Source: Aquimarina pacifica (GTDB lineage Bacteria; Bacteroidota; Bacteroidia; Flavobacteriales; Flavobacteriaceae). Taken from it: a stretch of 32,000 nucleotides of DNA. A program made the position numbers and the translations under genes. Below are positions 1 through 6,932 of this stretch, in pieces. The stretch's first letter is position 1. Each line of letters opens with the position of its first letter. The notes under the pieces are model-generated. The model was not told the DNA's origin. It searched no databases and saw only the letters and a program-made list of their open reading frames with translations. The stretch spans positions 1 to 32,000 of the forward strand of contig NZ_JACC01000042.1 of NCBI RefSeq assembly GCF_000520955.1. Direction: 5' to 3'.

Positions 1-35
1 GTAAAGGATGTTTGTTTAACGTACCTAATGTTGGG

Positions 36-236
36 TAACGTTCTGTGTATGAAACGTAGCGTGCAAAATTGGCACTAACTTTTCGGGTTAACACAGAGCC
101 GAATTTTTATATTTTGTTTTAATTTTTCTCTTTTTAAAAGCCAAATTAAAAATTTGGCGGACTTTGTAAATAAACACCAAACTTTTGGTTTAGTACTTAT
201 TTAGCTATGTTTTCATACACTTTGTTAGCGGTAGTT
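36..236 (-). repeat. ~200-bp structured cassette-boundary repeat, copy 1
   Basis: Aligns by eye with 1059-1257 at roughly 85-90% identity with a few indels. Imperfect terminal inverted repeats: GTGTATGAAACGTAGC (45-60) versus GCTATGTTTTCATACAC (204-220). Central hairpin GCCAAATT-AAA-AATTTGGC (140-158). Internal direct repeats AACTTTTCGGGTTAACAC (77-94) and AAACTTTTGGTTTAGTAC (179-196). Overlaps the last ~13 codons of ORF 197-700. Confidence 0.85.
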
Positions 237-700
237 ATTTTCTTTTTTAACTGTTCAAAGCCTCCCCAATTAGAGCCACAATCTCTTTTGGTTACATCTA
301 AAAAATAGTTATTAGTTTCAACACTCCAAGATTTAGAATTACGACAAGAACTGCGAGCTTTAAAACTATCAGAAAACATAATTTGGAAAAAATGCATTAT
401 ATCAGATTGATTTTTTATTGATAATTCTGTTGTCCATTCCTCAATAACACGTCTTTTAAATAAGCTTGGATCTGGACAATTTACAGTGTCTTTTTGAAAG
501 TTTAGCATTAATTTTTCATTAGTCTTATAAATCTTCATGATTTCAAAGTGTCCGCCCCATTCTCCACAATCGGTATGTCTAGATTTGATTGTAATTGTAT
601 CTTCAATTGTCATGTCTAGGAATAAATCATTATTAAAATTTGATTTATTGCAGCTACATAAAATTAATACCAGCAATATTAAAAATTTGGTTTTAATCAT
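197..700 (-). CDS. hypothetical lipoprotein (cassette gene), with duplicated D-C-G-x-W-G-G motif
   Basis: 167-aa ORF. N-terminus MIKTKFLILLVLILCSC is a signal peptide plus lipobox Cys. Two internal copies of DCGEWGGHFE / DCGSNWGGFEQ. Start overlaps the stop of the upstream ORF by 4 nt (ATGA). No family recognised. Confidence 0.6.
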   Translation of the reverse strand: MIKTKFLILLVLILCSCNKSNFNNDLFLDMTIEDTITIKSRHTDCGEWGGHFEIMKIYKTNEKLMLNFQKDTVNCPDPSLFKRRVIEEWTTELSIKNQSDIMHFFQIMFSDSFKARSSCRNSKSWSVETNNYFLDVTKRDCGSNWGGFEQLKKKITTANKVYENIAK

Positions 701-1032
701 CGCTTAACCATAAATGAATTAAAAGATTTAATTGAGCTCATTTGTTGTCTCCAAAATAGGATAGGTATAAGACCACTTAAAGTTCCAATTGCGCCATAAA
801 AATATAGTAATGTAATTGTTGCAACTACGCCTAATCCAATACCGAAATATATTATCTTATTATTGACTTCAGCTTTTACATCATTCACGTGTTTCTTTTC
901 TATACTGCCGCAACTAAGACAATTTACTTTAAATTCTCTACCTTTTTCCATTTGTAAATCGTGCCTTGTATCAGCTTGAGATTTTATTTTTATGTCTTTT
1001 TTACAAGATTTACAATATGTATATAGATTCAT
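697..1032 (-). CDS. hypothetical zinc-ribbon membrane protein (cassette gene)
   Basis: 111-aa ORF. CKSC...(26 aa)...CLSC four-Cys pattern, followed by a hydrophobic segment IIYFGIGLGVVATITLLYFYGAIGTLSGLIPILFW. Translationally coupled (ATGA) to ORF 197-700. Confidence 0.55.
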   Translation of the reverse strand: MNLYTYCKSCKKDIKIKSQADTRHDLQMEKGREFKVNCLSCGSIEKKHVNDVKAEVNNKIIYFGIGLGVVATITLLYFYGAIGTLSGLIPILFWRQQMSSIKSFNSFMVKR

Positions 1033-1058
1033 TTTCTATTTTTTTTAGACATTACCGC

Positions 1059-1257
1059 TAACGGACTTGTGTATGAAACGTAGCGTGCAAAAAGACACTA
1101 ACTTTTCGGATAAACACAGAGCCGAATTTTTATATTTTGTTTTTAATTTTCTCTATTTAAAAGCCAAATTAAAAATTTGGCGGACTTTCTAAATATATAC
1201 AAACCTTTCGGTTAAGCACTTATTAGCTATGTTTTATACACCGTGTTGGCAGTAGTT
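1059..1257 (-). repeat. ~200-bp structured cassette-boundary repeat, copy 2
   Basis: Same architecture as copy 1. TIRs at 1069-1084 and 1226-1241. Hairpin at 1163-1181. Internal direct repeats at about 1096-1117 and 1198-1219. The left edge TTACCGCTAACGG is the reverse complement of the right edge GTTAGCGGTA of copy 1. Begins immediately after the stop of ORF 1257-1946. Confidence 0.85.
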
Positions 1258-1946
1258 TATTCTTCTATTTCTCCAAATCTATTTTTTCCCAAATAGTGGA
1301 TAAAAATTCTATCAATATTTGGTGGAGGCTGACTTTCTCTAATTAATCTTACTCTGTGTTCCAGAGGTACAGCTTTTGTCCATCCCTCAGGCATTCCAGC
1401 TTGTCTTTCAAAATCTTCAATAGTTAATCCAGATTCTTTTAAGTTTTTCATTGTAAAAAATTGTTTAGAGTCTATGTGTTTACCAAATTTTTGAAAAACT
1501 TCATAAATCAAATTTAAAATATTCTTAAAGTGAATATCACAAGCTGTTACAACGTCTTCATCTGGAATATACTCGTTTGAGGTTGGAGCTAATCTTTGGA
1601 AATTAAATTTCATTTTATCATTACCTTTTTCGTCAGTATAGGATGAAGCTCCTCCAATAACATAAAATCCTACTTTTTGCGATTCGTTTCTTGTCACCAG
1701 AAAAAACCGAGCGAGTTTGTCTTTAGCTAATTCGGTTTGTTTATTTTCATACCATTCAGAAAACCCATCTAAGTCAGAAATTGAAGCTTGTAATGCAAAA
1801 GTTACACTTCTGCAGGCTGACAAGAATGCACTTAAATAAAATTGTGGCTCATCTAAATGATGATAGTTCTCCTCTTCTCTCAATTTTTCTAAGAAGAAAG
1901 CAGTTTCATTAACTTTATTTTCTACTATGCCAAAACTTCTTCCCAT
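1257..1946 (-). CDS. hypothetical protein (first cassette gene downstream of the recombinase remnant)
   Basis: 229-aa uninterrupted ORF with no signal peptide. No motif I can assign to a family. Confidence 0.6.
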   Translation of the reverse strand: MGRSFGIVENKVNETAFFLEKLREEENYHHLDEPQFYLSAFLSACRSVTFALQASISDLDGFSEWYENKQTELAKDKLARFFLVTRNESQKVGFYVIGGASSYTDEKGNDKMKFNFQRLAPTSNEYIPDEDVVTACDIHFKNILNLIYEVFQKFGKHIDSKQFFTMKNLKESGLTIEDFERQAGMPEGWTKAVPLEHRVRLIRESQPPPNIDRIFIHYLGKNRFGEIEE

Positions 1947-1967
1947 TTCTAATTACTGCCAACAATT

Positions 1968-1993
1968 AAATATGTGTACCGGTACACATATTT
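1968..1993. repeat. perfect 26-bp palindrome AAATATGTGTACC|GGTACACATATTT
   Basis: Read directly from the sequence. Lies between the recombinase pseudogene stop (1997) and the first cassette start (1946). Confidence 0.9.
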
Positions 1994-1996
1994 CCA

Positions 1997-2565
1997 TTAT
2001 ATTTTTCCCAAATCTAGTGGATTTCTAATTGATTTAAAATTATTTACTGCGACTTGAGTATATATTTCAGTTGTTTTTGTACTACGATGTCCTATAAAGA
2101 GATTGAATATATCTGATATCAGTACCATTTTCTAATAAATTGTAGCAAAAGAATGTTTTAACATATATGGATCCACCGATTGGTTGATTTTAGCTTTTTT
2201 AGTACCTTATTTAACTATTTTAGATACACTGGCAATACAATATTTTCTTTGATCTTCAATTGCTTCAAATAAGTATAATTTTGGTCTGTATACTTTATAA
2301 TATTTTCTAAGACTCTATAGAACAGAGCGGCTACGAATCGTATATCGATTCCTATTACCTTTAGCTTGTCTTATCTTGATCAGCATACTTTTACTGTCAA
2401 TATCCCAGATTATTAGATTTAATTGTTCACTTCTTCGAAGTCCAGTAGAACATAATAGACTAAGTAATACATTTATGCTTTAAGTTTTTGCTTAGATCAA
2501 TCATTTTTATAGCATCTTCTAAGTCTATTTGTTTTGTTATAAGGATTTCTTTATTTATGCGCAAA
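1997..2565 (-). pseudogene. tyrosine recombinase/integrase, C-terminal catalytic domain remnant (3 in-frame stops, at least 1 frameshift, N-terminus missing)
   Basis: Minus-strand translation reads RINKEILITKQIDLEDAIKMIDLSKNLKHKCIT*, then a frameshift. It continues SLLCSTGLRRSEQLNLIIWDIDSKSMLIKIRQAKGNRNRYTIRSRSVL*SLRKYYKVYRPKLYLFEAIEDQRKYCIASVSKIVK*GTKKAKINQSVDPYMLKHSFATIY*KMVLISDIFNLFIGHRSTKTTEIYTQV...LGKI*. This carries the GLRxSE, HxxR-like (LKHSFAT) and GHxxxxTTEIYT(Y) boxes of the phage-integrase family. The ORF track calls no ORF here. Confidence 0.8.
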
Positions 2566-2727
2566 GCAAAAAACAAAAAGTAAAAATAAAAGTGCCTGTT
2601 ACTAAAATTGAAAGGCTATACGAATATGTAATTGAAAAGGTTTTACATAAAGAAAATATAAAAAAATATGGTAGTACCGCACAGCATATTAACACTGTTT
2701 AGTACTACCATACGGGGCAACATCTCA

Positions 2728-3129
2728 CTAACACAAAAAATTCTTGGCAATTTTTTTTGGTGGTTGTATAATGGCTTGTTTACTGTGATGATACCAATAA
2801 AGGTCTGTATGAACAATCGCACATAATTGGTTTTCGATATTAAAAAACCGACTCTTTATTGCTAATTTTTTTGTATCCGAAGTAGGTGCAAAACATTCTA
2901 AATTCACAAAAAAGGATTGCGTAAACATCAAGTTTTTTTGATAAATAATTTCTTCTTTTACTCCTTGTAGACCAAGTTGTAAACGTTGCATTTTTTGTTT
3001 CGAAAGACCTTTAGAAAATAAAAAGTTTTCGAACGCACGAGAGGTATATGATAAATATGCAAAACGTTGCATTACCATAAAATCATTTACATCATCTCCT
3101 GTTACTTTATATGCTTTTCTGTATATCAT
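2728..3129 (-). CDS. hotdog-fold thioesterase-like protein (tentative)
   Basis: 133-aa ORF. Its size and the N-terminal pattern (YKVTGDDVNDFMVMQRFAYLSY) resemble 4HBT/acyl-ACP-thioesterase-like proteins. The family call is weak. Confidence 0.45.
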   Translation of the reverse strand: MIYRKAYKVTGDDVNDFMVMQRFAYLSYTSRAFENFLFSKGLSKQKMQRLQLGLQGVKEEIIYQKNLMFTQSFFVNLECFAPTSDTKKLAIKSRFFNIENQLCAIVHTDLYWYHHSKQAIIQPPKKIAKNFLC

Positions 3130-3147
3130 TTGGGGTATAATTATGGG

Positions 3148-4041
3148 TTATTTTTTAAGCTTTCCTTTTTTATGTTTTCCCATCTGAAATGTTCTTGAGA
3201 TATTAAATCCAAAATGAATATCTCCGCCAAAGAAATCACCAGTAGATTCGGTGATAAAACTTTTTTCTATCATTGTAATAGAGTTGGATAAAATCATCTG
3301 AAAAACATGTCCTCCGGTCTCTATGTCTACACCAAATGCAATAGAGTTTGTAGTTTCGAAAGAAGATAATTGGTCAAGGGTATAATAATATTCAGCATTT
3401 ATAGACACCCGATTACTAATTTTGATACGATTACCAATACCAACCGCCAAAATATCATGAGGATCATTGGTAAGAGCTACCGAGTTTCTATGGATATAAG
3501 TCGGAGATACTTGTAACGAAAAACCGGGACTAAATTTTCTGGCCATTAAAATTTGAGCTGTGTAAGACATCTTTTGACTTGCTGTAGGTTCATTAGCAGG
3601 GTCGAAGTCTTTTAGTGTTCTATAGGCTGCACTTCCAAACATAGAAACCGATACGGGTAACGAATTAGGTCCTGTGCTTTGTTTTAGTACTTTGTATTTA
3701 AAAAAACCATCATATGTTTTATCAAAACTGCTTCGACCCAAACCAAGCATAAGATCATTTGTTACTCCATACTCAAACGCAAAGCGAATATTTGATTGGT
3801 CCAAACCATAGAGTTCATCAATACCTGTATTTATTCTTCCGAAACGGTGGGAGATAAGAAATACCAATCCTTTTTTTGGACTATTCTCTATAGAATGCCC
3901 GTTTAATATCCGGGTTCCCTTAAAAGTAGCAATGGTTATTATTTTGGTTTCTGGAGATTCGTTTTCAAGAATATCAAAAAGATCTTGAGAAAATCCTTTA
4001 AGACCGATAGTCAAAAAAGTAAGAAAGATTAGTTTTTTCAT
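3148..4041 (-). CDS. predicted outer-membrane beta-barrel protein (DUF5777-like), paralog A
   Basis: 297 aa with a signal peptide MKKLIFLTFLTIGLKGFSQ. Alternating beta-strand pattern and a C-terminal aromatic-rich strand (IHFGFNISRTF). About 40% identical by eye to ORF 10987-11892. Confidence 0.7.
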   Translation of the reverse strand: MKKLIFLTFLTIGLKGFSQDLFDILENESPETKIITIATFKGTRILNGHSIENSPKKGLVFLISHRFGRINTGIDELYGLDQSNIRFAFEYGVTNDLMLGLGRSSFDKTYDGFFKYKVLKQSTGPNSLPVSVSMFGSAAYRTLKDFDPANEPTASQKMSYTAQILMARKFSPGFSLQVSPTYIHRNSVALTNDPHDILAVGIGNRIKISNRVSINAEYYYTLDQLSSFETTNSIAFGVDIETGGHVFQMILSNSITMIEKSFITESTGDFFGGDIHFGFNISRTFQMGKHKKGKLKK

Positions 4042-4046
4042 GATGT

Positions 4047-4589
4047 TTACTTATAAGGTTGGTGATCTAGAGTGAAATCTATTTTTACGACTTCTGCTAT
4101 ATTTTTAATTACGATAGAAGGAATCTTGATATTATATTCTTCGACTGCCACAGGAAAACTACCGATTAGGAGAATGTTAGAATCATTTTTTGTTATTTCA
4201 ACTTCGGTTTGAATCTTTTTCGAAACTCCATGGATAGTCAATAAACCTTCTACGGTCGCTGTTTGGGGTCCAGAGGTTATGGTAGAGAACTGAAGAATTT
4301 TTCCCTTAAAAAATGCTTTTGGATATTTGTCAGACTCCACGTAATTTTCATTAAAATGCTCTTGCATTAGTAATTTTTCGAACATAAATGATTTCATTAA
4401 TATCGATATAGCAATGTCTCCGGTTTCTGCATCAATAATACTCAGAACCTGATGGTTTTTTGCAGTAATATCCTCTAATGGTGAGTGAGAATAGAAGGAA
4501 GTGAATCCTTTTTTTGTTATAAATTTTTTCTGTGCCTGTGCAACGTTTATAAGAAGTAGGCTCATGAATAGAATATGTATTGATTTCAT
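4047..4589 (-). CDS. YceI-family periplasmic lipid/polyisoprenoid-binding protein, paralog A
   Basis: 180 aa with a signal peptide. The conserved block SFYSHSPLEDITAKNHQVLSIID...EHFNENYVESDKYPKAFFKG is typical of the YceI-like domain. About 55-60% identical by eye to ORF 10452-10997. Confidence 0.85.
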   Translation of the reverse strand: MKSIHILFMSLLLINVAQAQKKFITKKGFTSFYSHSPLEDITAKNHQVLSIIDAETGDIAISILMKSFMFEKLLMQEHFNENYVESDKYPKAFFKGKILQFSTITSGPQTATVEGLLTIHGVSKKIQTEVEITKNDSNILLIGSFPVAVEEYNIKIPSIVIKNIAEVVKIDFTLDHQPYK

Positions 4590-4764
4590 TACAAGATTTT
4601 TTGTTAGTATTTTATTGATGATTTGAGGTTGTTTTAACTACGACCAATGCGAATAAAAAACAAAGGATTTACATAATCTGTGAAAACAGAATTTGGCTAA
4701 AAAGGTAATGTCTTGTTTAATCAGGTATGAACGAATGATGCGCATTTTTTTCTTTTTTTTAGAA

Positions 4765-5190
4765 TTAGTTAATAAGAATACATTGTATAAGAATTACATC
4801 CATGAGGTAACCTGTACAGACTCCCTTTATGGTGACATCTTGATCTTTCTTTAGAGAAGTGATTTTTTGTTTTTCTTCGGGCGAAATATGACAAATAACA
4901 TTCCCTGAAAACGAATTATCACTTAGCAGTACGATAGCTTTACCATTTACAGTATCTAACTCAGATATTTTACCAGAAACCTCTATGATTTGGTCTAAAT
5001 ATTTTGAGTTAGCCGTATTTTCATCAGTGCTATACTCGTTTAATAGTGTACTTGAACTAGTTACTATATTTGGTGTGATACTAGCAATATTTGCCGTCTT
5101 AGTATTGTATATATTGTTTGCAATAAGTACACCACCCGTAATAGTGAACAGTATCCATACCATCAAAAGCATTCTTTTAGTATTTATCAT
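4765..5190 (-). CDS. membrane-anchored OB-fold protein (tRNA_anti-like family), paralog A
   Basis: 141 aa with an N-terminal TM anchor. The core LLNEYSTDENTANSKYLDQIIEVSGKISEL...VICHISPEEKQKITSLKKDQDVTIKGVCTGYLMDVILIQCIL matches the pattern of the OB-fold putative-lipoprotein family. Paralog at 10028-10459. Confidence 0.7.
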   Translation of the reverse strand: MINTKRMLLMVWILFTITGGVLIANNIYNTKTANIASITPNIVTSSSTLLNEYSTDENTANSKYLDQIIEVSGKISELDTVNGKAIVLLSDNSFSGNVICHISPEEKQKITSLKKDQDVTIKGVCTGYLMDVILIQCILIN

Positions 5191-5215
5191 AGTATTATTT
5201 ATAAGTAGGTAAGAA

Positions 5216-5590
5216 TTAATTATCTAAGGCTCCACTATCAATCCAGCATTTTATTAATTCTATCTCATCATTGGTAAGAGATCCTCCTTGTGGCATTCTT
5301 CTACTAACTACTTGCCCGCGAATGTTTTGAGCATTAATACTTATATTCTCATATGTTCTTAAATCAGGAAATCTGCTACCCCCGTGACAACCAATACAAT
5401 TGGTGTCGATAATAGATTTGACGTCATCACTAAATGAGATCGTAGTATCACATACTTCGCTTTGCTCATCAGTATCAGGATCATTTTGTTCTGGAGTATC
5501 ATTTTGCTCATTGCCAGTTTCTTCTTCTACATTGTTTTCGCAGGCTAAAAAAGCAATGCTTGCAACTAAAATCAAGAGTGTTTTTTTCAT
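5216..5590 (-). CDS. c-type cytochrome-like lipoprotein with acidic linker
   Basis: CIGCH heme-binding motif and a downstream RRMPQGG (candidate axial Met). Start trimmed to MKKTLLILVASIAFLAC (signal peptide plus lipobox) at 5590. The track ORF extends to 5650 through a non-signal leader. Contains an Asp/Glu/Asn-rich linker. Confidence 0.7.
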   Translation of the reverse strand: MKKTLLILVASIAFLACENNVEEETGNEQNDTPEQNDPDTDEQSEVCDTTISFSDDVKSIIDTNCIGCHGGSRFPDLRTYENISINAQNIRGQVVSRRMPQGGSLTNDEIELIKCWIDSGALDN

Positions 5591-5780
5591 TTTCAAAGGA
5601 GTTTTTGGGTTTGTTTTTTTCGAACGTATCTGTTCTTGTTGTTGATGCAAAGTAACCGCGAATAGCGGGCTTACATCAAATTAAACTGTATGAAAGTGCG
5701 AAAATTAGGGTTGAAAGGGAAAAAATAGAACTGAACTAAACAGCATATTTTGGGGTATTTCTGATTTTTTGGCTGTCCCT

Positions 5781-6610
5781 TCATTACAAGGAGGAATGAC
5801 GAAGTAATCTTATTAATGAGAATAATTAAGATTATAGAGATTGCTGTACTACGTTCGCAATGACGCGTTATTGTCATTACGAGGAGGGACGACGAAGTAA
5901 TCTTATTAATGAGAATAATTAGATTATATAGATTACTTCACTACGTTCACAATGACGTGTTGTATTGTCATTACAAGGATTAACGACGAAGTAATCTTAT
6001 TAATGAGAATAATTAGATTATATAGATTACTTCACTACGTTCACAATGACGTGTTGTATTGTCATTACGAGGAGGAACGACGAAGTAATCTTATTAATTA
6101 GAGTAATTAGATTATATAGATTACTTCACTACGTTCGCAATGACGCGTTGTATGTCATTACGAGGAGGAACGACGAAGTAATCTTATTAATTAGAGTAAT
6201 TAGATTATATAGATTACTTCACTACGTTCGCAATGACGCGTTGTATGTCATTACGAGGAGGAACGACGAAGTAATCTTATTAATTAGAGTAATTAGATTA
6301 TATAGATTACTTCACTACGTTCGCAATGACGCGTTGTATGTCATTACGAGGAGGAACGACGAAGTAATCTTATTAATTAGAGTAATTAGATTATATAGAT
6401 TACTTCACTACGTTCGCAATGACGCGTTGTATGTCATTACGAGGAGGAACGACGAAGTAATCTTATTAATTAGAGTAATTAGATTATAGAGATTGCTTCA
6501 CTACGTTCGCAATGACGTGTTGTATGTCATTACGAGGAGGAACGACGAAGTAATCTTATTAATGAGAATAATTAGTTTATAGAGATTACTTTATTATGTT
6601 CACAATGGTG
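5781..6610. repeat. tandem hairpin-unit array, left block (9 units of 93-94 bp plus a degenerate left arm at 6584-6610)
   Basis: The TCATTAC(G/A)AGGAGG... motif recurs at 5781, 5874, 5968, 6062, 6155, 6248, 6341, 6434 and 6527. The units starting at 6062-6341 are identical. Confidence 0.95.
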
Positions 6611-6622
6611 TACTTTTACTTT

Positions 6623-6922
6623 ATGAAGAAGTCACATGTATATTTTATGACTAATAAAAATAATACAGTAATCTATATTGGTGTTACAAGTAATTTATTA
6701 AAAAGAGTATATCAACATAAAATGAAAGTATACAAAGGATTCGCTTCTAAATACAATTGTGATAAACTTGTTTATTTCGAAGAATTTGATGACATTAATC
6801 AAGCAATTACTAGAGAAAAGCAATTAAAAGCAGGTAATAGAAAACGAAAAGAAGATTTGATAAATGCTAATAATTTAGAATGGAATGATTTATCTAATGG
6901 CTGGCTATTTAACTTCACTTAA
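6623..6922 (+). CDS. GIY-YIG nuclease family protein (small COG2827/URI-domain type)
   Basis: HVYFMTNKNNTVIYIGVTSNLLKRVYQHK...GFASKYNCDKLVYFEEFDDINQAITREKQLKAGNRKRKEDLI carries the GIY(VYF)...YIG motifs, conserved Arg and Glu, and the K-x-W/G-x-R-x-K tail typical of this family. The track ORF starts at 6596, but those extra 9 codons lie in the degenerate repeat arm, so ATG 6623 is preferred. Confidence 0.85.
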   Translation: MKKSHVYFMTNKNNTVIYIGVTSNLLKRVYQHKMKVYKGFASKYNCDKLVYFEEFDDINQAITREKQLKAGNRKRKEDLINANNLEWNDLSNGWLFNFT

Positions 6923-6932
6923 TCAAATGTCT

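Noticed and set aside
140-158. Treating the 200-bp repeats as nothing more than duplicated terminators
   Set aside because: The GCCAAATT hairpin with a following T4 on the minus strand may well terminate cassette transcripts. However, conservation extends about 90 bp on each side, with terminal inverted repeats and internal direct repeats, far beyond what a terminator needs.
4985-5645. Plus-strand ORFs 4985-5212 and 5400-5645
   Set aside because: They are antisense to the OB-fold and cytochrome-c genes, with hydrophobic or Ser-rich junk translations.
5591-5650. Longer N-terminus (MHQQQEQIRSKKTNPKTPLK) for the cytochrome-c lipoprotein. The same issue applies to the alternative upstream starts at 10004 and 26742.
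   Set aside because: The internal Met gives a canonical signal peptide plus lipobox (5590). For 10028 and 26772 the internal Met gives the conserved family N-terminus. The extensions are hydrophilic leaders with no homology logic.
6596-6622. Upstream start (MFTMVYFYF...) for the GIY-YIG gene
   Set aside because: These nine codons are the degenerate left hairpin arm. GIY-YIG proteins of this type begin a few residues before the (V/I)Y(I/F) strand, which fits ATG 6623.
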